35,678 nucleotides of DNA from the NCBI GenBank assembly GCA_002269645.1, contig NIVC01004762.1:1-35678 (forward strand). The letters run 5' to 3'. Of the stretch, positions 10,974 to 21,615 are shown one piece after another (the stretch's first letter is position 1; the number at the start of each line of letters is the position of its first letter). Made by a program: the position numbers and the translations under genes. Source of the stretch: Macrostomum lignano. Lineage: Eukaryota. The notes beneath the pieces are model-generated. The model was given only the letters and a program-made list of their open reading frames with translations. It made no database searches and was not told where the DNA came from.

Positions 10974-12491
10974 TCAGCGGCTAGAGCGATGCAGATTGTC
11001 GCTGTCAATTGGTTCGTCACTGCTCGGCTCTTGGAACGAGCCAGGCGTTACTTCCTTTTGCTGAACGGAGCCCGACAGTTCACCCTGGCCCGATGGAATC
11101 AGCGGCTCCTGCTGGTCAGCGAGTCCCCACGGGTCCGGCTGCTCCAGGGTGGAAGCCAGCGGAAACGCCAGCCAGTGCGCGTAGGCCAGACAGGAGATCG
11201 ACAGGCCGAAGTCGATGACGTGATCGAGACGCGCGACCTGCAGCACGGTGCCTTCGCCAGTCGCGCCACCGCTAGCGATTCGATGGACGGCGAGGCCAAC
11301 ACAGTACCTGAATAAACCGGACAGAGCGCTGGCGGTGAAGCTGATGCCGAACAGCAGCAGCTTGTTCTGACTAAAGGAGATCGCGTCCGCCAGTTCGTAC
11401 AGGGCCACAATGCTGAGCATCTCAGAGACGCCATCGAAAAACGCGGCGTTACCAAAAACGCTGAATGCGGCTACCGGACCCCACGATCCGGCACTGCAGC
11501 CGAGTACCAGGTAGGCTGCAAGACAGCCTAATGAAGCTGCAGCCGCTAAGGCAACGCCCAACTTTAGTCTCATCTTGTGGGACATGAAGCGAATGTGGGG
11601 CGAGGCTGCCATGGCTACCAGAGCGCAAGCGGCGGCGAGAATTCCGGCAGTGTTGGCGTGCCGAGTGAAGTTGACATCCCACGCCCACTGCTCCCAGCTG
11701 GGCTTGGCTTCAGTGCGATTGAAAATAGGGGCCAAGTGCCGGATTTCTATGCGGTAATTCGATACGTGACCGTCGTTCATCTGGGCTACGAATACTATAA
11801 AAGCTGCGAAGATGCGCGCGTACCGCATCAGGCGCCTGACTGTCAGCTGTTCAAACTGGCGCCGGCTTGGCTCGGCTGCCAGCCCCAATGACAGAGCCAT
11901 GAACAGCAGGCACAGGGAAACCCCCGTTGCCGACACGACTGCACTATGCTGCCGGTAGGCGTAGAGCTGAATGCCTGACAAGGATGCTGAGCTGGATTCC
12001 AGAATGGGAGGAAGTTCAGTCACCAAGTAGTACAGCACCGCCAGCAGCATGCGGCTCTTAGGCCCGGAGCTCCAGCTAATCAGACTGTAGAACATGGTGG
12101 GAAGAAGCAGGCCATTGTACAGAGGATACGGGATCCAGGCCAGATAGTACAGCGCCGGCGTGCAAACCAGGCCGAACTGCGTGACAAGAGTAATCAGACA
12201 GACTCCAACGGACATTATCGCTCCCCCGAAGAACAGGATGCTGCGGTACTCCAGGGCACGGCCGAGCAGGCCGCCAACAATCGATAGGCTGCATCTCAAC
12301 ACGTGGCCTTTGGTTAGAAGGCCAATAAAACTACCTTTGTTTGGTTGCGTCGAGTTCAGCAATGTGCAAGTGTCATTGATCAAGGCAAATTCGTCTTTAT
12401 CGAAGCCCGAATACTCGATGTTGGCAAGCTGAACAATGAGCTTCATGCAGACAAGCAGCAGCAGGTTGACTGCCACCGTCTTGCAGGCCAT
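10974..12491 (-). CDS. Intronless multi-pass MFS-type transporter, divergent POT/SLC15-like, 505 aa; tandem paralog of 8226-9653
   Basis: Uninterrupted ORF with gccATGG start context. Blocks shared with the paralog: LSIVGGLL, GLVCTPALY, PLYNGL, KSRMLLAVLYY, TVRRLMRYARI, SHKMRLKLG, FFDGVSE, AFPLA. Confidence 0.82.
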   Translation of the reverse strand: MACKTVAVNLLLLVCMKLIVQLANIEYSGFDKDEFALINDTCTLLNSTQPNKGSFIGLLTKGHVLRCSLSIVGGLLGRALEYRSILFFGGAIMSVGVCLITLVTQFGLVCTPALYYLAWIPYPLYNGLLLPTMFYSLISWSSGPKSRMLLAVLYYLVTELPPILESSSASLSGIQLYAYRQHSAVVSATGVSLCLLFMALSLGLAAEPSRRQFEQLTVRRLMRYARIFAAFIVFVAQMNDGHVSNYRIEIRHLAPIFNRTEAKPSWEQWAWDVNFTRHANTAGILAAACALVAMAASPHIRFMSHKMRLKLGVALAAAASLGCLAAYLVLGCSAGSWGPVAAFSVFGNAAFFDGVSEMLSIVALYELADAISFSQNKLLLFGISFTASALSGLFRYCVGLAVHRIASGGATGEGTVLQVARLDHVIDFGLSISCLAYAHWLAFPLASTLEQPDPWGLADQQEPLIPSGQGELSGSVQQKEVTPGSFQEPSSDEPIDSDNLHRSSR

Positions 12492-12730
12492 GGCAAAATA
12501 TTCTCACACACTCTGATCGGCCTTATGTGCTGAGATACCAGAAGGGTTTAAATACATTGATGCATTCCTTACATTTATTATCATTATCAGAGAGCCGCAG
12601 CTTTGCTCCATCAGCAGTCTGCACGTGATTACAGAATGACCATTTCAGTTTTTGCTATTCGCAGCTTTAGTTATCTGAGTGCATTCAGATTCTCCTACAA
12701 GAGCTTCGATACGATCCGAGAGACTAAATG

Positions 12731-12942
12731 CACCGTTTCCCAGTCTATTGCAACAAAACTGATATGCAAGTCAGACATCTCCATTTGCAATTTTGTCATT
12801 ACATTTTTAGAGCGCCACTCGTATTTCGACAAGGCAGCTTGGAATTCAAACACCGGCTGTACAATTTAGCTAGCGGCAATCTACCATGTGCAATTCAACA
12901 GAACTGCATATCAGTTTTGTTGAACTAGACTGGGAAACGGTG
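12731..12942. mobile_element. MITE with 38-bp TIRs, CAC...GTG ends, possible 2-bp TSD (TG)
   Basis: 12731-12768 versus the reverse complement of 12905-12942 is identical at 36/38 positions. TG lies at 12729-12730 and 12943-12944. Confidence 0.72.
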
Positions 12943-13143
12943 TGAGTTCCCCAAGCCAACTGTACATTAAACTGTGCAATTCAACAGAACTGCATATCAG
13001 CTTTGTTGAACTAGACTGGGAGACGGTGTGAGTTCCACAAGCAAACTGTACATTAAACTGTGCAATTCAACAGAACTGCATATCAGTTTTGTTGAACTAG
13101 ACTGGGAAACGGTGTGAGTTCCACAAGCAAACTGTACATTAAC
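12887..13143. repeat. 86-bp tandem repeat x3 covering the MITE right end and its flank
   Basis: Units start at 12887, 12973 and 13059. Each holds a 13-bp-stem hairpin TTCAACAGAACTG-CATAT-CAGTTTTGTTGAA. Confidence 0.95.
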
Positions 13144-13440
13144 TACTAGCTAGAAAAGGCCATGACTTCAAAAATGAACTGTGCAGTAGAATTTGTACCG
13201 ATGGATGAAGGAGCACATTGGGAGGGACCAAAAGCAGCCAAAGCATTGTGTACTCGACAGAGCTACGCATGCTTGCAAACCGATTCGCTGATGAAGGGTT
13301 GGGTTGCTTTGAGTACGCATGAGTCCGAATTATTAGGCGCAGTTGCGGGCATTCAGTTTCGTTAGCCGTTACTCAATGGTTCACAAAGTTTATCGAGCAG
13401 CGAGTTCCTGTATTGCTTAGGCAGTCCAAGAAACTCAACG

Positions 13441-16400
13441 TCAGAGATGCTGCGCCTCCTTCCTGTCAGGAGAATCATCCGCATCATTGCCGCCGCGCCT
13501 CTCCAGAGCAGCGGGCTGCTGCATCTCCAGGGTGCAGCGGCGCGAGCTGGACATGTCGGCGAACCTCGGATGGCGGACGGTGAAGTACCAGGCCAAGAAG
13601 AAGAAGGCGCACGCTGGCACCAGGGCGGCGGTGGTGAAGCCCACAAAGGAGTAGCGGAAGCGCTGGGTGTCGAAGAACAGGCAGGTCCGCTTGTAGCTCG
13701 GCCTCGGGTCGTAGAACAGGCAGGCTCGGTCGAAAAGGTGGCCCACAAATGGCGGCACCCAGATGCCTGTTGAGGGAGATTAAGTGCGAGTTTCGGCGAG
13801 ATACCCGCGATGACAGCTGCTTTCTGTAGAAGCAACACGATAGCTTCATTCATTAAGGGATTTTCTATAATATTTTCTGACCTCCAAGGCTGAACATGAA
13901 TGACGTCACACCAAGGCCCAGCGCCTTGTCTCGCGGCCGCACGCAGCGCAGCTGCAACACCGCCTCCTGGGAGCGGGCGCTGAGGCGCACCAGCTTGAGG
14001 AGGGTGAACAGCGCCACGAAAGTGTACACACTGGAGCTGCATTCGTCAGAGCAGAGCAGGTTGGTGCGCATTCGCAGCTGCGCCAGAGGGAAGCTGGCCA
14101 CCACGCCGGTGCTCAGGCCGGCGGTGCTGTTGTACATGCACTCACAGGACACGTTGCCGCCCCTCTGTGCGAGATGTATCGATATATTCAGCCAGATAGA
14201 AGGTGATTCATTTGACTGCAAAAAATTCACTCAGAACAGGCCGCTTACCGCGTGGCAGTTGGCGGCACACGGGCTGAAGAAGTTCCTCCCGTCGATGCAG
14301 ATCGGCTTGAAGGCGGCGGCGCTGCAGTTGCAGCCGGACGCGAAGGGCGACAGCTGAGGTGCCCCGGGGCCGCCGCTGGCCGAGCAGTCGGGGATGAAGC
14401 TGCCGCCGCTGATAAATTTGATAAAAAAGGATTGTTGGAGCCCTGCTGCACCCAAGTACAATTTGTCACTAGGCCGGCAGGCAAATAGGCTATCTGCGCA
14501 CACAAAGTCTGGCACTCACTGGCCACCAGCCGCAAATCCGCCCACCAGATCCACGCGCGGACAGACGAACAGGAACCCGGTCGCGGCCGCCAGCACTCCG
14601 AAGCAGTTGACGCAGGCGTGGAACTTGGCCAGCTGCGGCACCCGCCATTTGACGCAGGCGGCCACGCAGCTGCTGATGAGGATGCCGAGCACGTTGGCCC
14701 CCGGCCCGGCGATGCCGGCCAGGACTGCCGCCTTCCCGCTGCCGATGCGAAAGTGCAGGTTCAGGTACTTCACCATGTAGGCTATGATGCAGTTGATCTC
14801 CATGAACTCGAACATGTTGCCGCACAGCAGGCACACGTACACCGGGTTGCTTAGCAACCGTTTGAGCGAGCCGACAAAGCCGAGCAGGCTGTTGGGCTTT
14901 GCCTCTCCGGCGGCGGTTGCCTCCAATTGGCTTTTCCGACGCCTAGAGGAGCGCTTGCCGCCCAGGCGGAGGGCGACACGGCACAGGAGGCCGCCGCCCT
15001 CGCCCGCCGCCCGGCGCCGGTACTTCTCGGCATTGAAGCCGGGCCGGGAGGGGAACAGCAGCATCGGCAGGCCGAGCAGCAGCGACAGCAGGCCGACGAT
15101 GGCGAAGCCGAGCCACCAGGCAGGGATGTAGGTAGGGCTGGCGCGCTCGCGCGGTTCGGACGGAATCAGCTGGTCGCTGAGGCGGACAAAAACCTTGAAC
15201 GGTGAGAGGGGGGGTCAGAATTAGCTTCGCTTACTGGCATAACTAATTCAGCGAGGGGACGTGGATCGACTCAGAGCTCAGAACTACTAAGAGAGCCAAT
15301 TCCTGACACTGTGAAATTGACGCTCTGGCACCCTACCGGAGAGGAGAGGCACTCACTCGGCGTTTCGTCGAAGGCCTTCTGGCAGGCCTTGAGGAGCACT
15401 CTTGAGAAGCCCCCCAAATCCCTCAAACCCCCTTGATTTCCGAGCCTCTCCACTCGAACCTTTCCGTACAGCTGGTAGCCGAGAGTCGGCGACAAAATCT
15501 TCGCGGCGATGACGAGGCCGATGAAGACGCCAGAGAAGTCGCCCGTGATGTCGTCGATGAAAGCGACGCCCAGGTTGAAGTACGGCGCCACCGACAGGCC
15601 CTCGACGAAGCCGGAGATGAGGAACAGGCCCAGCGCCACGGACGATTCCAGTCCAGCGTCCTGGCCCTGCGGTATCGCGCCAGCGGGCGTGGAGTTGCGG
15701 AGCCCGGAGTCGGCCGGGCAGACGAACCCCAGCTGCTGGTTGGCCGAGGCGCCGTCTGCTGGCTGCGGCGCTGCGCCGAACAGAAAATGCGGCAGGGCGA
15801 ACAGAAGTCCGGACAGGCCGTAGCCGAAGCAGCTGAAAGCCAGCAGACGCGGCCGGTGACCTGCAGAATGGTTTGATGGCCAGCAGTGAAGCAGCTCGGT
15901 AATTCCACCCACTGCCTGGAGCCAAGGGCTGCAGGCCAAATTTGAGTGATCTCACAGCTTGAGTATCAGCTTGCCTCGCTTTGCACATCAGTTTTGTGGT
16001 TTGGTGCCTCCATTTTACACCAAAATTGTGAAATTTGTGTTCGAGCCTTTTGACTACTTAACTGCTCAGCTACTCAACTACTCAGCTACTACTCAGCTAC
16101 TCAGCTACTCAGCTACTACTCAACTACTCAGCTACTCAACTACTCAGCTACTACTCAGCTACTACTCAACTACTCAGCTACTCAACTACTCAGCTACTCA
16201 ACTACTCAGCTACTACTCAACTACTCAGCTACTACTCAACTACTCAGCTACTACTCAACTACTCAGCTACTACTCAACTATTCAGCTACTCAACTACTCA
16301 GCTACTCAACTACTCAGCTACTACTCAACTACTCAGCTACTACTCAACTACTCAGCTACTACTCAACTATTCAGCTACTACTCAACTACTCAGCTACTAC

Positions 16401-18941
16401 TCAACTACTCAGCTACTACTCAACTACTCAGCTACTACTCAACTACTCAGCTACTCAACTACTCAGCTACTACTCAACTACTCAGCTACTCAACTACTCA
16501 GCTACTACTCAACTACTCACCTACCCAGCTACTCCGCTACTTAACGACTCAGCTACTCAACTACTCCGATACTCAGCTACTCAGCTACTCAGCTACGGCC
16601 CCTTAAATCGCATTCACTCCTCTCATAAATGACTAAGTTGGATGCCAGGGTATTTAATCTTCACTGGCTTAGCAACTGTTAATAAAAAATCGCATTACAA
16701 GTTTTTGAGACTGAGTTGATCAAATCAGAATTGGATCATGCTGTCAATGAGGATGGTAGTTAAACAGTTGTTAAGTTGAACCAGCCGGTTAAGAAGAGTC
16801 ACTCAGCCATACCCAGCCGGTTGAGAAGAGTCACTCAGCCATACCCAGTCAGTTGGGAAGATTCACTCAGCCATACCCAGCCGGTTGAGAAGATTCACTC
16901 AGCCATACCCAGCCAGTTGGGAAGATTCACTCAGCCATACCCAGCTGGTTGAGAAAAGTCACTCAGCCATACCCAGCCGGTTGAGAAGAGTCACTCAGCC
17001 ATACCCAGCTGGTTGAGAAGAGTCACTCAGCCATACCCAGCGAGCCGAAGTAGGAGACGAGCAGCACGCTGGGCAGGTAGACCATATCGTTGGCCATGAG
17101 CACCAGGGCGGACGTGGCCGAGTTAAAGTTGAAGCGCTTCTCCAGCTTGGTGAGGCTGGCCGACTTCAGCGCGCTCTGCAGGCCGCCGCACAGGCCGAAC
17201 AGAGTCAGCAGCAGCAGGAACAGCTCGAACTGGTTCAACCGGCGCAGGCAGCGGCAGCGCAGGCCCCAGCAGCCGCATTCGTTCGACTCACCAGCCTCAT
17301 CGCTCGGCGAGTCATGCGAAATGTCTGGGGATGTTTTGGTCGACGGTTCGGTTCTGCTCAACTCTCAAATTTGTTGATTCCGTGTGAAAATCTGTGAAAG
17401 AGCTGGAAGGGGGCCACCGCTTTGGTGTGCAGGGAGGGGGTGCTGGAAGTCGCAAAGATCTTCAGGCTGGTGGTTGGTGTGCAGGGAGGGGGTGCTTGGA
17501 AGTCGCAAAGATCTTCAGGCTGGTGGTTGGTGTGCAGGGAGGGGGTGCTGGAAGTCATTTAATCATTGTTGTGAATCGCCATCTCCGCAAGCAGTTAAAC
17601 ATCCCGGATACAAAAGTCGAGTTCAAGGTGAAAAATTTTAAGTTAATTTGAATTTTTCAAAGCGGCGCACGGTTGCACCGAATCATTGCGGAATTATTGC
17701 TGTCGGAGTGCCTGATGCAGCGGCATTCAACATGCGGACAGAGGTGGGTTCGCGATTTGGACATGATGGAGCGGATCGAGAACAGCCGGTAGCGGCAGCC
17801 CACCTGGGATGCTGGGAATGATGAAGAGCCAGCGGGAAGAGGCGGCACAGAGGCCGACCGGGGCCCAGCAAAGAAAGTTCGCCCCGCACGGCCTCGACAG
17901 AAGTGCATTCGGGCCGGCACGATTATCCAGATGAAGAGTTTTCTCTGCCCCCCCCCAGGTAACCAGGTCACGCTAGTTGGGATCCCGCAGCTTCCCTGCC
18001 CCAGAATCTCCTTAGCAACAAATTGCGAAGTTGTAAAAAACCGAAGCTTCCCACTTCATTCCGACACCACATTGTGCCGGGGGGGAGGGGGGGCTGTTTG
18101 GAGCTTTGGAGTTTTTCAACTAAAAAGTGTGAATCCTCCAGGTAAGCAGGGTGTGGAAATTAGCGCAGATGCGCAGATGCGGCTCGGAACCCCTGCTGCC
18201 CGCTCCCTCGCTTTCAGTTTTGCAGAGCCTTGACCGAAAATGAGAATTAGGTGCATGATAGGCCGTTCCCTACTCATGTCTGCCTCAGCCATCAGAGAGC
18301 GGCTCACCCGTTCCCTACTCATGTCTGCCTCAGCCATTAGAGAGCGGCTCACCCGTTCCCTACTCATGTCTGCCTCAGCCATCAGAGAGCGGCTCACCTG
18401 CTCCCTACTCATGTCTGCCTCAGCCATCAGAGAGCGGCTCACCTGCTCCCTACTCATGTCTGCCTCAGCCATCAGAGAGCGGCTCACCTGCTCCCTACTC
18501 ATGTCTGCCTCAGCCATCAGAGAGCGGCTCACCCGTTCCCTACTCATGTCTGCCTCAGCCATCAGAGAGCGGCTCACCCGTTCCCTACTCATGTCTGCCT
18601 CAGCCATCAGAGAGCGGCTCACCCGTTCCCTACTCATGTCTGCCTCAGCCATCAGAGAGCGGCTCACCCGTTCCCTACTCATGTCTGCCTCAGCCATCAG
18701 AGAGCGGCTCACCTGCTCCCTACTCATGTCTGCCTCAGCCATCAGAGAGCGGCTCACCTGCTCCCTACTCATGTCTGCCTCAGTCAGCTGACTCACCAAC
18801 CAGCACCACCTCAGTGTTGACCTGGCCAGCTTCTTCTTCCGAGTCAGCGTCGATATCTTCGAATTTGTCAGCCGCATTCAGGAAGCTGACGAGCTCCTCG
18901 TCCTTCGCCTTCTCGGCCTTGGACTCGCGGCGGCTGCTCAT
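13441..18941 (-). CDS. SLCO: Organic anion transporting polypeptide (OATP/SLCO family), 7 coding exons, ~771 aa: 18941-18797, 17363-17037, 15860-15460, 15193-14520, 14408-14249, 14164-13882, 13766-13441
   Basis: The symbol is family-level only. Motifs: LTKLEKRF...VSYFG, HRPRLL, LPHFLFG, AWWLGF, Kazal-like GCNC...KPIC.DG.NFFSPCAANC, KALGLG, LFDRAC. All junctions are GT-AG and phase-compatible (2316 nt including stop). The first exon and the acceptor at 17364 (GAG) are the least certain. Confidence 0.9.
16061..16590. repeat. Low-complexity CTACT(CAG/CAA) 8-11-bp repeat in an SLCO intron
   Basis: Direct read; it produces the spurious ORF 15959-16606. Confidence 0.95.
16781..17040. repeat. 32-bp minisatellite x8 overlapping an SLCO splice donor
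   Basis: Unit ACTCAGCCATACCCAGCCGGTTGAGAAGAGTC (starts at 16801, 16833...). The last unit contains the real donor at 17036. Confidence 0.95.
17422..17557. repeat. 52-53-bp tandem repeat x2.5
   Basis: TTGGTGTGCAGGGAGGGGGTGCT at 17422, 17474 and 17527. Confidence 0.9.
18263..18784. repeat. 45-bp minisatellite, about 11.5 copies, at the 5' end of SLCO intron 1
   Basis: Unit CCCTACTCATGTCTGCCTCAGCCATCAGAGAGCGGCTCACCCGTT, with two variants (CCGTT and CTGCT). Confidence 0.97.
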
Positions 18942-20779
18942 TTTGCCTGTCCGGTTCTTTGGCAGGTCGGGAGCTTCACTGGCGCTCTCGCCGAGGGGAA
19001 CGAGCGACCTTAAAATTCATTCCGCAGACCTCTGTAAGGTCGTAGGCGAGCTGGCCAATGGCGGTAAGAATAGAAAAATAGCGATGGGGGAACAGCGAGA
19101 GGAACGGAGAAAACACGCCAGGCCTGAGAGACAAGAAAGCAGTGTTGGCTCGGACAGAAACCTACCTCAGCGCGAGGGGCGGCAGTGTGTTGCGTAGTGC
19201 ACTCGAATTCATGAGCGCGCAGTTGGGGTTGGCAAACAATCAAGCGATGGCGCAGGCCACTGGGAGGCTGGGGCGGCATCGGTGGGCGGGTAGGAAGAGG
19301 TCTCGCGGAGAGCAGGAAGTGCAGCCTGACTCAAACTGTTTTCAGCTCGCAATTGCACTCGCGATGCTCGGTCTTATCCGGTGAAGTGCGCGGGCCGCAG
19401 CCCAGAGCCACCCAGCTACATTCAAGAACATGGCTAAGAGATTGGTCCAAACACTTCTTCAGGCAGAAATTGGAGACTCTCTTGCAGACCGGCAGACACC
19501 CCAGTCGAGTTAGAGTTAGCCCGAATGCTTATCTTATATTAGCCAGGTTTAACCGACTAATCTACCGAATTAGCTGTGCTTTAGTCTGAGTAATTTTAAT
19601 GCAACACAGGTTTGGGCTCAGAACAGGCCCGAGGCCCGTGTAGTTACGATATTGTTGCGTCAGTCATCATGTTATCTATTAACCAAACAACTGCGTTCTG
19701 GTGAAATTGGAAACTTTGCAAATGGAACTTCATAGTGATAGCAATTGACAGAATTTGTCTATGGTGAAACCGCTTTTAGCGCTATGCGTTTCTAAGAAAA
19801 TAATGTGCATGGCCTTCTACTTCAGCTGTCCATGAAGTCGGTCTGCTCGGCTACTGAGTGGGCAAAGTGAAATAAAAGCACGGCTACATCATTAATGCAG
19901 CCTACTGACAAGTAGGATGGATAGCGCAGCTGGTGGAAGAAAATCGCATGGTGATCGAAGCGGCAGCAGGCGGAAATTCTCGCGATTCCGCAGCGGAAGG
20001 GGAATCTCATCCCCGCTTCCTCAGCTTTCGCAGTTGAGAAGGAAGGGGAAGCGGGCGGCTTCCGCGTTCTCCACTGCTCCCCCCCCCCTGACCCCTCCAC
20101 TGCCTTCCCAGCAAACTGCTCACTCTGCTGCGGTCGAGGCAGCAGATTTGTGTTTTATTAATCCTTTTAGACTGGCCGTTCCGCCCAGGCACCTCCCTCC
20201 CAGTTTGAGCTTCTCTCCCGGCTGCAGAGCAGCTGCTGAACGGCGGGCATCCGAGGGCAGGGGGGGGGGCAGCAGCGGTAATTTGCACCGGAGGTAGCGG
20301 CCGCGTGGCCCGAGGGCTGCTCCCGAATCCTGTGCATCCGGCTGGGGCCGCGCGAGACAGAGGCAGCGCTACAGAAGAGAGGCGGGCCGGGTTGTGAAGG
20401 ACAGACAGCTCGAGAGGGTATTCGAGAGGGTGTTCGAGCAGCAACAGGCCCGGCTGTCCCTCCCCTGTGCAACCTGCTCTACTGAGATTTTCTCTTGGGT
20501 TTCAAAGAAATTAAAGCAAAGACAAATCCGTTTATTTGACTCTTAAAACAAATTTTCTTGTTTGAGTTTTTTTTTAAATCGGAATGGACAGCCAGTGGTA
20601 GGTGTAGCCTAAAAGGAGACAGAGAGCGGCAGGGGGGCCTCGGTCGCTGCCGCGCAGTCCATCGCCGAAGTACACACAGGTGCAAAATATGGGAAGTTAA
20701 TTATTTACGACGTATTTAGTTTGGATAAGTTCGCTTTAAAAGTGCAATAAATAAAAAAACCGGTCGAGTATGCAGTATA

Positions 20780-20965
20780 GAGAAATGCTGCACCAACAAG
20801 GGAATCAACGAATGAATGTTCTTTTGTACATGCACTTCAACTATTAATATTTCAGAGCTCTTGATGCTAAGGGGGCTGTCGTTGGTGAGAAATATTGCCA
20901 TAAAAGTAAAAGTGCACGCACAAGAACTTTTCTTTGTTAATTCCTTTGTGGGTGCAGCATTTCTC
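20780..20965. repeat. Fold-back element (long imperfect inverted repeat)
   Basis: GAGAAATGCTGCACCAACAAGGGAATCAACG...CATGCACTT pairs with AAGTGCACGCAC...TTAATTCCTTTGTGGGTGCAGCATTTCTC. There is also an inner pair AATATTTC/GAAATATT. Confidence 0.8.
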
Positions 20966-21615
20966 GACGACCCTATGGTTACGAGATCGTGGCAACCGCG
21001 ACTGAAACGCGTGGATATCAAGTCCGTCCTCTGAACTATTAACAATTCTCTTACCGGCACAGTCCGCACTGAGTCTGCAGCGGTGGCGTGAGAGCAGGAA
21101 CATAAGTGCTGTGCGGAGCGAGTCTGGTAATGCGCTGAAATCTGGCTCTGAAAAGTTTTACTTGGCTTTCATTCCAAGACTTCTAAGCTGGAATTCTGTG
21201 CAAAGCTTTGCAAACAGTGCGAACTCAATGGACCTGGTGGCGTGGACCCACAGGAAAAGTGCAGACCAAAACCGCATGCAGGCACAACTCTGCAGGGCTC
21301 CGGTCCCTGTTTGCCAATGCAAGGTTGCATGCGGTGCCTTCAAGAGTGGACCATTGCATTGCGCTGATCAACTCTGCACATTCCGGAGAAGCAGTTCGAG
21401 TTCTACTTAGAATCTCCGTGATTCTCAAAACTAGTTTTGGCAGTGCTTCTGGAGTAATGATCAAGCTGACGCAGTCTTCGGTTAGATATGAATGAAAATT
21501 CTGCTGAATTCGGACATTAGTTATTACAGGGTCGAATTTAAATAGCAAATAGCAAATAGCCAGTTCTCCATGGCAGCGGCCTGAGCTCTGGCTGGCGTTG
21601 TGCGGGCAGGTTGCG

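Noticed and set aside
17657-17971. ORF or exon candidate (…YRLFSIRSIMSKSRTHLCPHVECRC…) inside SLCO intron 1
   Set aside because: Entry in the required phase 1 hits a stop, no clear donor was found, and no family was recognised.
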